A stretch of 64,000 nt of DNA from Octopus bimaculoides (GCF_001194135.2 NC_068981.1:54067460-54131459), one strand, 5' to 3'; shown: positions 39,140 to 52,030, counted from the first letter of the stretch. Program-made: numbers and translations. The notes: generated from the letters alone by a model not told the origin.

Positions 39140-41339
39140 TGTGTGTGTGTAAAGGAAGAGCCAATTATGGTTTTCACGCCTTTGATCATAGGCCTGTTCG
39201 GTCAGGTCTTTTCTTAGGCTAAACAGCAACATTTTGAAAATCAGACCGTGATGCATAACAATACGCATGAAATAGCCAATATTATGTGAACAATATATTC
39301 ATGGTTTTAATTGTATTCATATGAGCACACATGAACATTTTCCCCCCCCCAAAAAAAAGAAACAGTAGATGATATGGGTCCCAATTTTTTAAAATCAAAT
39401 TTCTTTTGTATAGGCATGTAAGAGTCCATATTTTAAAAAAAGTGATATTTGACAGAAAAAAAAAACCGTCATATGATTAAAGAAGAAATAATACGTGAAA
39501 CTAATGTAGCTGGTTTGTCAGGAAAAAAGGCAGACGACTGATATCACAAACGAAGCAGACGATCAAGAAAAATGAGGAAATAACATTTTTATTATTTGGG
39601 CATGTCGTTGAATTTTCTTTCATTTGTTAGAAAACTCCCAAAAATGATTTTAAGTATTTTAATGTCAATATTTTCAACATAAGCATATAATACTTCTTTT
39701 TACATAAGTTTGTGTAGACATACGGTGTGGGAGGGGTGGAGTACATAAACGTATCCGAAGTATTACTTTGTCTAAACTCGGAGTCTCAACTCCTGACGGA
39801 ATTGTAGAGGCGTCGTCGTGACACACGTCTTAGGCATTTTTAAATATCTGATGGCGCCCATCCCTCTTCAGGTCTGAGCATACATGATTTGTTCCAGACA
39901 GTAGATAGAAAGAACGATAAGAATCGTTACCAGTAAAGGACTGGTACTTTATTTACCAATACCCCAAAAATGAAATGGAAGTTGACCTCGGGCAGATTTG
40001 AAGTCAGAGAAGTTTTACTTAAAACACAAAGCAATTAATCTGAGTACTGCTCCCACGACTCGGCAAATTTCCTCTTTTATCCGAAATATTGATGTTTGTT
40101 GCCGTTGTTTGTACATTATAATTCATATTTGTTATAGTTTGCGACGCTTCATTTACATTTTATCTTTTGGTGTTGCAGCATTGTTGAACTTCACTAGTAG
40201 CAACGCATATATTTGTGTGTCTCTTCTCTTCTCTTTCTCATCACACATATTTTTCTCTGTTACTTTCATGAACACATGCTTTCTTCCGTCTGTCGCAAGA
40301 CACTTATTTCTGTGATTAATGCGTTGCGTACAGTCTATGGCTATCATACAGAGTAGCCACAAACTATGTGTATTACTATATAAGACTTCGTAGCTCGTAG
40401 ATACACTTGCCTACCCTCCTCCACGAAAAATCATTAGTTTAAATTCACAAATAAAGTACGCAGTCATGAATACCACACACAGACGCATACTCAAACATAT
40501 ACCAGCGCATGTACGTCTCTACGCTTATCTCATTCACTCTTAAACATGTGCGCACTTTCTCTCACTCAGTATTTACACGCTTTCTCACTCTTTGTTTCTC
40601 TCGGACACACATACATACACCCATATCTAAATACATACGTACATGTGTACATTTTCTCATACACATTTATATGCAGTCCACATACACTCGCATTTCTATG
40701 CATAATATAGACACAGACATACGAACTGAGCTTCCCGGCTTTGTTTTGACGATTTGGTAAGGTTTCCAAAGTTGTGAAAATATTTGGTATTGAATCACCA
40801 ACAATTAGCTTTTGGCTCAAAGCCAAATACACATCCTTCTTTACAAACACACGCATCCGTGCGCACGTACACACGTACACTACACACACTATTCACCCGA
40901 AAACACACACACACAAACACACACACATACACACGCACACACACACAGCACAAACCAACAAAAATCTGAACCTGCCACATCTTTAGGGTGTATGAAAGAA
41001 TTACTTGCATGAAATTAATCTAAATGCAGTTGGATAACCAAAAATACTTCCACACGACCACACGTAAACGTTTGTCTCCTTTTTAAGAATTTCGAAGTGA
41101 TGCTATTTTTGCTACTTTGTTATATGTACCATGTAATAGACTAAATTTCATATTTTCTGTTAATGTAGCTTAAAGAAAAAAAATTAAACTTTGTAAATCA
41201 AATGAAAAATTAAGACAATATAAATATTAGACATTTTATATTTTTGACTGACAAAATTCGATTGAACTGCAGCAAGGAATAATTATTTATACTCTAGGCA
41301 CAAGGCCTTGATAGCAAGGAATGAGTTTGCTTTAATTTA

Positions 41340-41561
41340 CAGTAATCTCTCGCCATATCGTGGTTCACCTATCGCAGTTTATTTTTAAGATTACGTCGAT
41401 TCCTCCGTGGTGTTGTTTTGCATTCATAATAAAATAAATATATACAAATTATATATATAAAAGAACATATATACAGTACAGTACTGTTTCTACTTCGCGG
41501 ATTTTCACCTATCGCGGTGGGGTTTTGGAACGTAACAACCGCGATAGTCGAGGGATTACTG
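41340..41561. mobile_element. Tigger-type MITE (222 bp)
   Basis: TIRs CAGTAATCTCTCGCCATATCGTGGTT vs right (reverse complement) CAGTAATCCCTCGACTATCGCGGTT. TA at 41338-41339 and 41562-41563. AT-rich non-coding interior. Confidence 0.9.
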
Positions 41562-42867
41562 TATAAGACAAATTGAACGTTAACTTCTTTTTTAACAATT
41601 ATACTTTTGTATATATTTATATGTATTTGTATTTATTACTCACTTCAGCTGGAAAAGACAAAAGGCAAACTTTTACTGACATTATTTAAAGTTAAACCCA
41701 TAGCTAATTACTGTTAGGCATCTGATATGGTTTCCAACAAAGATTAACATAATTTTCTGAATGTTATAATTATTTGAAGATAAATGTACCTACCTAATTT
41801 TATCTTTGCGTGAACATATGCACTCACAAACAAACATGCAAATATATTTTTGATTTATGTATACCAATAGGATGAGTGAATGGGCTGACCTAAAACGCTG
41901 CTCGATTTTAGCGGAAAACACAGTTGCAAACATTCAGAATCAATATAGTGATTGATATTGGCTGTTACAAAATATTTCCCAAGAGGGGGTCGCGTTAAAT
42001 GATATAATTATTGCTATAGCACGCTGCGCAATCATTTAAGGCATAATCCCTTAAACTGTTTCTAATACAGTATATGACCGGTGTCCTTTCTCAACGGTCC
42101 TAAAATTTTGAGAAGTGCACCTCAGGTCATCGATTTTTTATTGGATTGAACTCAGAGAATAAGGAAGAGACTGACTAAGGCGTTTAGTGAGTGTCAGGGA
42201 GATTTATACAGTAAGTGAGAGTGTAACTTTTATTTGTACAACTTTTCATACAGTAACCATGTCAGATTGCTTTGTGAGATATGCAGTGACTGCTAGGTGT
42301 AGAGAGAATTAAATAATTTGAATGTAATTATGCATTCAAACTTATTTTGCAGGATAATACGATCACTAGGTAAAAAGTGTTGAGATTTATATGCAAATAT
42401 CCAATAAAACATACTTATGTATATAAGTATAGGGAGTTCAAGAAGATTATACGGCAATTATACTCCGCATTGTACTAGAGATAGAAAGAAATCTATGGTG
42501 CTATTTATTTTTATTATCTGAAATCTTGTGTCTAATAGATTAAACTTTTATATCTTATCTTAAACTCTATGTTATGCAAAACGAATCTATATTTTTTTGG
42601 AGTGTTTATGTATTTTTGTTACATATTGGTTTCTTTCAGCTTAAATTTTTTGCCTATATGGTTATTCTCTAACACATAAGAGACTATTTTATGGGTCCAG
42701 TCTTTTTTTCATTTGCAAAATGTGCCCCCTTTAATTTTGCTCAGATTACTTTCAATTTTGGTGTGTCGATGCAATTCTGAATTTTGATAACGATCAACCA
42801 ATTACTTTATCTCGTAAGTTAAAGAATCTAATGTTATTTGGAATAAAAGTTGGGAAATTTGGGTAAT

Positions 42868-42990
42868 TTTAGCCAATCAACAGACAGCAAGGCATTAACA
42901 GCTTGTTACCATAGCAACCGCACATTGTGTTGTGTTCCACCCGCATGTTGTGTTGATTCTTCACACCACGAAATTTACTTCACCCGCGTG
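42868..42990. promoter_or_regulatory. Candidate RFX X-box / CCAAT / CACCC regulatory cluster
   Basis: TTAGCCAATCA (CCAAT at 42873-42877), GTTACCATAGCAAC at 42905-42918 (exact GTNRCC-N2-RGYAAC) and CACCCGC at 42938 and 42981, in sequence I do not recognise as a repeat. The motifs are certain but function is inferred. Confidence 0.45.
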
Positions 42991-43325
42991 TTTTGCTTTA
43001 ATAAAAATTTATATTTATCAATCAGAATTTTATTATAGATATTTTTTGCCAATTGTCTTAATATTTTACATATTTTTCATGTATAGAAAAAGTTGTTTGC
43101 GATGTTTATACAGTTTCTTAGCATTATGAAGTTGAATGGAATATGTGAACTTGGTCCAGGTAGTTTGACATTATTTTTGAATTCTGCATGCGAAAACATA
43201 TAGGATACAGGTATTCCTTTTCTTGGGACAAATACTTTGTTGACCAGTGTTATTCTTATCGTAGATTACAAATCCAAGCATGAAAACGTTACTCAACTTT
43301 GAAGTTTTGGAGACAGACGCCCCCT

Positions 43326-43391
<66 letters not shown>

Positions 43392-43523
43392 NNNNNNNNN
43401 NNNNNNNNNNNNNNNNNNNNNNNNNNNNNNNNNNNNNNNNNNNNNNNNNNNNNNNNNNNNNNNNNNNNNNNNNNNNNNNNNNNNNNNNNNNNNNNNNNNN
43501 NNNNNNNNNNNNNNNNNNNNNNN

Positions 43524-43580
<57 letters not shown>

Positions 43581-44144
43581 CACGCACGATCGCACTTATA
43601 TATTAATGATGTACACAAATACATGACAGCTAATCATAATACTGTAAACACATGCAGACAAATATATTAATATTACAAATTAAAATAAAATGATAAAAAC
43701 ATACAATCAATGAAGAGACAAAAGAAACAGTTAAATGATACATGCTGATTTTATTAGGTATTTCTGTTTATTTAGAAACTTACAATGAAGTGGTCATTTC
43801 ACAGACGTTAAACTATAAATTTCACAGGGTACAACCTTAAAGTTGACACCGCTCCACTAAACGCAGAAAATTTCTGTCTCGCTATTGGATATAAATACAC
43901 AGTTTTTTCGATTTTTAATCCTCTATAACTTTTCCTCCAGTTTTTTTTTTCTCCACAACATCATACCTTCATAGCAATTAGACTGGAAAACTTAATTATT
44001 ATAGCCGATTTTCAGATTTTTCTTACTGTCTTTTAAAAAATGCATATTTTACGAATGAAAAAAACTAGATCCCATTTTATTTCCGAATTATGCACTTTCT
44101 ACGCTCCATCCGTCTCCACGTTCTGACCTTTCTCGTGGTGCAGC

Positions 44145-44320
44145 AGAAACGTTAGAGTAGCAATTCTAACACTACGCTTTCTTAAGTTCTAACTTCAAAT
44201 TTCACCTTTTATTAAATTTCAAATTTTACCTTCTTTACTAAAGAAGTTCACTTTTTTTCAGCACATCAGGAGTCAATAAAATAAGTTATTGTCAAATACT
44301 GGGATTGGTTAAACCCAGCT
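44145..44320 (+). mobile_element. Old SINE family A copy
   Basis: GCAGCAGAAACGTTAGAG..AAGTTCTAACTTCAAATTTC..GGAGTCAATAAAATAAGT..CAAATACTGGG, a degenerate head and core. Confidence 0.55.
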
Positions 44321-44529
44321 CAACCAACGTGCAAAGTTTTTCACTTTGTCACAATTTTTTGGACTCGAAGTTACGACTTTTTTTTTTACATAGAGATAGC
44401 CTTCGTTGTTTCTTTTAAAACTGCTTCTCATTTCCAGTATTTTGCAACTGTCCATTGCATTGATGTAAGGGGGGGGGGTAACTAGACTCTATGTACCGAA
44501 AGGTAATTTATCTCTTATCAGTCTTTCAT

Positions 44530-44913
44530 GTTGTTGGTACTCCGTCGCTTACGACGTCGAAGGTTCCAGTTAATCCGATCAACGGAACAGCCTGCTCGTG
44601 AAATTAACGTGCAAGTGGCTGAGCACTCCACAGATATGTGCACCCTTAACATAGTTCTCGGGGATATTCAGCGTGACACAGTGTGACAAGGCTGACCCTT
44701 TGAATTACAGGCACAACAGAAATAGGAAGTAAGAGTGAGAGAAAGTTGTGGTGAAAGAGTACAGCAGGGTTCACCACCATCCCCTGCCGGAGCCTCGTGG
44801 AGCTTTCGGTGTTTTCGCTCAATAAACACTCACAACGCCCGGTCTGGTAATCGAAACCGCGATCCTATGACCGCGAGTCCGCTGCCCTAACCACTGGGCC
44901 ATTGCGCCTCCAC
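44530..44913 (-). mobile_element. tRNA-derived SINE family C, full length
   Basis: Reverse complement GTGGAGGCGCAATGGCCCAGTGGTTAGGGCAGCGGACTCGCGGTCATAGGATCGCGGTTTCGATTACC... is colinear with 24720-25097 and has a short (AAC)n tail. Confidence 0.93.
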
Positions 44914-45223
44914 GAACAAATCCACAAATAAACAAATCTATATACTCACAAATATAAGCTCGTCACTTTTAAAATTACACCATAACGATTCTCTTGAATT
45001 CATTAGAACAGGCAGAATATTAAGAATAGCATAAACTGAAGTTCAGCAATAATGATTTAATTAACCACACAAAGCCATTTTGTGATACGGCAGGGCAGAG
45101 ATGACTGAATCACTTGTGCTTCTTGTCCTAACTTAGAGAAAACTAGAATTTTACATACCTAGATCAATATGACTGAGCACGAACACCAGGCCTCTTATAT
45201 CTGTGGATTCTCCATTATCCAAA

Positions 45224-45279
<56 letters not shown>

Positions 45280-45379
45280 ATAATAATGATAATAATAATA
45301 ATAATAATAAAGCCCGCTGCGCATACAAGACTCCAGGAGCTCCAACAAAACCTGTGATAAGGAGAAAATAATAATAATA

Positions 45380-45576
45380 ATAATCCTTTCTAGTATAGGC
45401 ACAAGGCCTGAAATTTTGGGGGATCGCACTAGTCAATTAGATCGACCTAAGTATGTAACTGGTACTTATTTTATCGAGCCCCGAAGAGATGAAAGGCAAA
45501 GTCAACCTCAGTGGAATTTGAAATCAGAACGTTAAGACGAACGAAACGCCAGTAATCATTTCGCCCGGCATGCTAT
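45380..45576 (-). mobile_element. SINE family A, tail A, head lost in the assembly gap
   Basis: The reverse complement ends GGCCTTGTGCCTATACTAGAAAGG(ATT)n. Confidence 0.88.
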
Positions 45577-47299
45577 NNNNNNNNNNNNNNNNNNNNNNNN
45601 NNNNNNNNNNNNNNNNNNNNNNNNNNNNNNNNNNNNNNNNNNNNNNNNNNNNNNNNNNNNNNNNNNNNNNNNNNNNNNNNNNNNNNNNNNNNNNNNNNNN
45701 NNNNNNNNNNNNNNNNNNNNNNNNNNNNNNNNNNNNNNNNNNNNNNNNNNNNNNNNNNNNNNNNNNNNNNNNNNNNNNNNNNNNNNNNNNNNNNNNNNNN
45801 NNNNNNNNNNNNNNNNNNNNNNNNNNNNNNNNNNNNNNNNNNNNNNNNNNNNNNNNNNNNNNNNNNNNNNNNNNNNNNNNNNNNNNNNNNNNNNNNNNNN
45901 NNNNNNNNNNNNNNNNNNNNNNNNNNNNNNNNNNNNNNNNNNNNNNNNNNNNNNNNNNNNNNNNNNNNNNNNNNNNNNNNNNNNNNNNNNNNNNNNNNNN
46001 NNNNNNNNNNNNNNNNNNNNNNNNNNNNNNNNNNNNNNNNNNNNNNNNNNNNNNNNNNNNNNNNNNNNNNNNNNNNNNNNNNNNNNNNNNNNNNNNNNNN
46101 NNNNNNNNNNNNNNNNNNNNNNNNNNNNNNNNNNNNNNNNNNNNNNNNNNNNNNNNNNNNNNNNNNNNNNNNNNNNNNNNNNNNNNNNNNNNNNNNNNNN
46201 NNNNNNNNNNNNNNNNNNNNNNNNNNNNNNNNNNNNNNNNNNNNNNNNNNNNNNNNNNNNNNNNNNNNNNNNNNNNNNNNNNNNNNNNNNNNNNNNNNNN
46301 NNNNNNNNNNNNCTTCTTGATCAACAAGGCAGCTATTTAGAAACGAACTAAGCAATCTGAATGGCCATGAGAATAACGTTCCAGTTCACATATATAGCTA
46401 GACGGCCAATCCAACCAGCTTCGCTCCTGACATAGCAGACCAAACCTGAAACCCATCCAGCGCCCCCACCCCACGGAATATCTTCCCCAAATAGGTAAGA
46501 ACAGAATGCTGAGGAGGATGAACATTGGCACTCCATTTTGGAAGGCCATAGAAAGTGCTCCAAAACAATAACGACAACGGCCATCTCACCAACACATTTA
46601 ACTACAAGAACGAAAACAAACACAAGAGCAACAGAAACTATCAGAGACAGAAGAGCAACCGCGACTACCAGAAATAGTCAGACAACAATAGCTTACAACA
46701 ATGTTACCAGCACCACAGATAGTAACAATACAAGCAAAGGATTCCACTGACCACACAGGACAGCCAGTTCCAGCGACAACACAACAGCAGCCACATGGAG
46801 ACTCATCAACACTCGTCCAACAGCATACGGCAATTTTTTTCTTCGTCGCCTCCATCATCTTCTTAACGTCGTCAACATCATCTCTCTACGTATACAGCAA
46901 CAAGCAACACTCGCACAGGTTCCAACACAACACTGTTTGTGAATTACTTCACCATGGTTAGCAGCAAATACAACCTCCCACAACTTTTTGTACCAAGTGA
47001 CTGGCGGGAGCATCGTCGCCACAACTTCTTGTACATGTACCTCAACCGGCTCTGCATTACAGCCACAACATCTTGATACAGCATTTTAACTATCGTGTAC
47101 ATTGACTACGAACTGGTATTTACCATCCTTGTGTCTGAACATTCTTCTAACGTCATATTATAGACTCTTTCAATGCTCTGTACTTAACGCACACGCATAC
47201 ATCCATGCCTATGCACACACACACACTTTGTTCTCATGATGGCCTGTCTATTATTATGTATATATGACGCACACACAGACACACATGTTAACATATAAA

Positions 47300-49463
47300 T
47301 AAAATTCAAATCAATGCGGGGTTGTCCCGTAACAGGAACAGAGATGTAGAAGACGTAGTTAGCTGCAGGCCGCGTGGGAGAGAAGATGATGTTACTTGGC
47401 TGTGCGCGTCTTTTTATATCTATCTAACGGGCGCCACCTAGTTGTTAACGATGGGACAGGGGAGATAACTCTAGATGACTCTCATTAAAACATGACGACA
47501 CTGGATGACGTGGGAAGAACAAGGTTACCCTTAACCACATCTGCCTTTGGGTCACCGTTAGGCAAAATGTAGTTGTAAGCCCACTCCAAGACCTAGAAAT
47601 ACCAGGTTGGTGTCTGGCGGGGTTAAGCCTGTCTCATGGGAGTAGCGATCCCTTCAGCCTTAGCCGGCAACTCCTCTAAATGGTTGTGTCACCTCAACAC
47701 CAAAATTCTCAAGAGTGAAAATGTCAAATACAAAGATATAAACAATGGAGTGAACGAGACTGGCTCCAAAAACAGTGTACACGAGAGTAGGTGTGGACTC
47801 TCAGAGCCTTGACAAACAATCCACCTAGTGATGGTGTCACGATAAAAATACTGGTGGTTGCATAACCTTACAAATGCTATCTCTAAACGAGTGATGTCAA
47901 AATTAAATGATAACCTCAACTCCGCTAACGGGACTGGAACTGTTAACAGTGAAGGAGTCGCGCATTGCAGGCAGGGAGTATCTGATCAAGCTCCAGCATG
48001 TCGTCATCAAGCTATTGATCAGGATCAAAATCGCAAAGGGGCAAAAGGAGAAGAATGAAATGGGGGAAAAGATGTAAACAAAATAGTAATAGAATGCTGG
48101 CTGAGAAGTGACCCAAATAAAAGAGGCTTCATGAATCGAAAGAAGAGAATATGGCTTTAAAAAGTAGGTTTTCAAGCATTCACCCAGCGACTGATAGGCC
48201 AAGCAAGAAGAATCCGTAGGAATGACTGGATTATGGGAGGAGAGATTGAAAAAATTCTAAGAAAACTAAAAAAAAGGAGCAAAAGGAATGTGAAACAGCA
48301 GTGGCAGAAAGCGGTAATGAAGGGGTAAAAGATGAAGAACATGAAACAGATGGAAACCGGAGAGTACCAGAGAATACTGATAAAGTAATTAATGAAGAGG
48401 ATCTAGATGGATAAGTGACCAGTAAGTACTGCACAAAACTTGAATGATGAAGAGGAGATGTTAGAAATGTTGTGAGGTAAAATGCGTGATGGGAACTATG
48501 AAGTACTACCAAATGTTAGATATATAGACAGAAAAAATGTGAGGGGAGCCACAGGCAAAGTAAGTGACGTTTTAAGCTTGAGTAAAACACAAAACATCAG
48601 TGAAACAAACCAGCTAATCATAGCTGCTGCTAATGTCGTAGGCTACAAGCAAAAATACTAAAGATATAAAAGCAAATGTAAAGAAAAGCAAATGTAAAGA
48701 ACCAAATTAGAGGAAGAGAATACAAATGAAGCTAGAAAAGACACGGAAACAACTCGGGTAATTGAATAGGATAATGAGAGGAGAGCTCAAGAATAAGGTA
48801 GCAATCAGAACATTGAATGGACAATACAGATGAGAAGAAGGAGAAAACAAACAGTACATGATGAATTGACACAAAAGGTGACAGCGTTAAAGGCCAAATT
48901 AAAAATATATGATGCTTGATGCAAAGGTTTCGAACAGAATAGATTGTTCCAATCAAACAGTAGGGCGTCTATTTGAGGAAATAGAGGGCGGCCAACACCA
49001 GGAACTGATTCCAGATGCGGAAGAAAGTAAAAAAATGTGGGGAAGGCTGTGGAACAGGCCTGCGAGGCATAAAGAAAGCGCGGAGAATAAAGCTAACACA
49101 GGTTGAAAGTCAACTTGCAACTGGACCAAGATAAAAGGTCGTCAGAACTAATCTATATACAGTGGGACAGAAGTTAAAAAAATAGAATTGGAAAGGACCA
49201 AGCCCAGATGGATTGCAAGGCTATTGGTTGAAGAACTTTACACAGTTGCATGAAAGGATCACTGCCCAACTGGATGACTACCTGCAGCAAGGTCACGTCT
49301 CTGCCTGGATGACAAGTGGACAAGCGCTACTATGCCTCAAGGATCCCTTGAAAGGGAACTTGACATTAAATTTTCGACCTATAACCTGTTTACCACTTAT
49401 GAGGAAGCTTATGACCGCTGTATTGGCGGAAGAGTTATGCAACCATCTGGAAATAAGCAAGCA
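47300..49463 (+). mobile_element. R4/Dong-clade non-LTR retrotransposon relic: putative 5' leader through early RT
   Basis: KWGKDVNKIVIECWLRSDPNKRGFMNRKKRIW at about 48058, IPDAEESKKMWGRLW, and NWKGPSPDGLQGYWLKNFTQLHERI..LCLKDPLKGN..NFRPITCLPLM.KL..EELCNHLE. Homology ends at (AAT)10 (49464-49493). The 5' boundary (47300-47700) is uncertain. Confidence 0.87.
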
Positions 49464-49494
<31 letters not shown>

Positions 49495-50907
49495 GCACAT
49501 ATCCACCAATTCCATAGCACATGACTTATAATCATCATCCTACAAATTTCCACAACTCACCCAGCAAACAACAAATACTTCATGGAATTACATTACACAA
49601 CATATTCTTACATAATCCATACTCGACCCTGCAACACCAACGACTCGCGGAACATTATTCTACAGCTGCATTCCATTTTTTATAACACAACTCACGCACC
49701 TCTTGTTCAACATATTCAGCGTGCAACATTAAAACATCTAGTGTAAACCACACAACACGAACGAAACACAATCACCTTGCAACATAATAAAAGAACTTAC
49801 ATTACTCATACACTGTACAACAGACTGAACACTAAACTAACACTCAGAACAGCAAAACAAATCCCACAGCAAAGAAAATGGATGATAAAATATAAACGTT
49901 TACGATTATTAATTTCCTAAAGACTATGTGATTCACACATCAAAAATACAGAAGTGTACCTGGTGATGCAATTGAAACTTGCATGAAATCGCTAAAAACA
50001 TGATAAATAATGCATTTCTGTCTCCAATTTTGCCTATATTTTCTCTCTCTTTACCTCTCTGTCTCCCGCTTCCTCTCTATGTAAGAAGAAACTCCTACTA
50101 CTGTTAGCTGAAAAATACGTCTTCGCTTTCTATTTTATCTATTTTTATTTTATTTTTATTTTTTCATGAGAAAGTAGGAAGGGGTTGAAAGCAGTGAAAT
50201 TACTCTTTCGTTGTGAGAAGAGAATGAGGATAAGGCAGAGAAATCTTATCTTAATGTTAACTTGATAAATGAAACTAACGCTTGATTTCATTCCAAAAGG
50301 TCTCCATCTTAACTTCACATACACATAGTTACAGAAGGAAATGCAAACATCCTGATATACTCAAACATAAATATTCACACCCTGGTTTGAGTAAAATGCC
50401 TTGGCAGAATTCATGGGAACAGCAAATCAAATGTCTCGAATGCTAGAAGTTGTTGCGATTAAAGGGTAAGTTGGATATAACAACCGGGTTTCATGAAAAT
50501 AAAAACGTGTACATGTGTATGTTAAATTCATATATATATATATANNNNNNNNNNNNNNNNNNNNNNNNNNNNNNNNNNNNNNNNNNNNNNNNNNNNNNNN
50601 NNNNNNNNNNNNNNNNNNNNNNNNNNNNNNNNNNNNNNNNNNNNNNNNNNNNNNNNNNNNNNNNNNNNNNNNNNNNNNNNNNNNNNNNNNNNNNNNNNNN
50701 NNNNNNNNNNNNNNNNNNNNNNNNNNNNNNNNNNNNNNNNNNNNNNNNNNNNNNNNNNNNNNNNNNNNNNNNNNNNNNNNNNNNNNNNNNNNNNNNNNNN
50801 NNNNNNNNNNNNNNNNNNNNNNNNNNNNNNNNNNNNNNNNNNNNNNNNNNNNNNNNNNNNNNNNNNNNNNNNNNNNNNNNNNNNNNNNNNNNNNNNNNNN
50901 NNNNNNN

Positions 50908-50945
<38 letters not shown>

Positions 50946-51663
50946 GCATCCGTGCATACATACATTCATACATATATACATACATACACACACATATACA
51001 CACGTGCATACACATATTTATATATAGGTAAGGAGCATATGTTTATGCTGTATGCTCTTTCTTATTGTCTTTAATCTAAATAAAGCATTAATACAATATA
51101 TATTGTGCTAATACACAAAATAAAATTATTAAATTATATATTAAAGAACATATAAGTTTTACTTCCCTCGTTGATAGCATAATTGAACAGTAATTGACTG
51201 CAGCTACTATATACAAAGAATCGTTAGCGAATCCGACAAAATGCCTTGCAGTATATATTCTGGTTGTTTACGTGCTGCGTTCAAATACCGCTGAGATCGA
51301 CTTAGCTTTTCATCTTCCCCAGACGGACAAAATAAAATATCTCTTAAGTAATGGTGTCAATAGAATCACCAACATTTGTATCAAACAATAAATCATCAAC
51401 ATCACTATCAAACAAAGAATACTAAATTAATAATTATTCTTACATTGACTTGGAACTCAAGGTAGAAATACAAGATAATTTCAGTTAATGCCTGAGGCTA
51501 TAGGCTGCTGGGAAATTATTTACTTTTTTCGAGAAAGTTACAGTAGCCATCTAAAACACACACACACACACTGACGCTCACACACACGAGCACATGTATA
51601 CTGTTATTTTTATTTCTTGCAAGTACTGTATGCCATTATAGTGTATGTTATAAAATGTTTCAT

Positions 51664-52030
51664 CAGGTGTGGCTGTATGGTAAGAAGCTTGCCAACCGTG
51701 TGCCACGCAGTGGCACGTTGGGTAAGTGTCTTCTACTACAGCCTCGGGCCGACCAAAGCCTTGTGAGTGGATTTGATAGACGGAAACTGAAAGAAGTCTG
51801 TCGTATTATGTGTGTGTACTTATATCTGTGTGTGTCTGTATATGTGTTTGTCCTCCGCCATTTCTTGACAACCGATGCCGATGTGTTTCTGTCCCTATAA
51901 CTTAGCAGTTCCGCAAAAAGGACTGATTGAATAAATACTAGGCTTACAAAGAATAAGTCCTGGGGTTAAGTTTTTCCACCAGAACCTTTTTAAGGCGGTG
52001 CTCTAGCATGGTCGTAGGTAAATGACTAAA
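51664..52030 (+). mobile_element. SINE family B, near full length
   Basis: Central block GCCTCGGGCCGACCAAAGCCTTGTGAGTGGATTTGATAGACGGAAACTGAAAGAAG at 51741-51802. The internal microsatellite is short and degenerate. Confidence 0.9.

Noticed and set aside
46708-46725. RE1/NRSE-like CAGCACCACAGATAG
   Set aside because: It has several mismatches, and REST is not known from molluscs.
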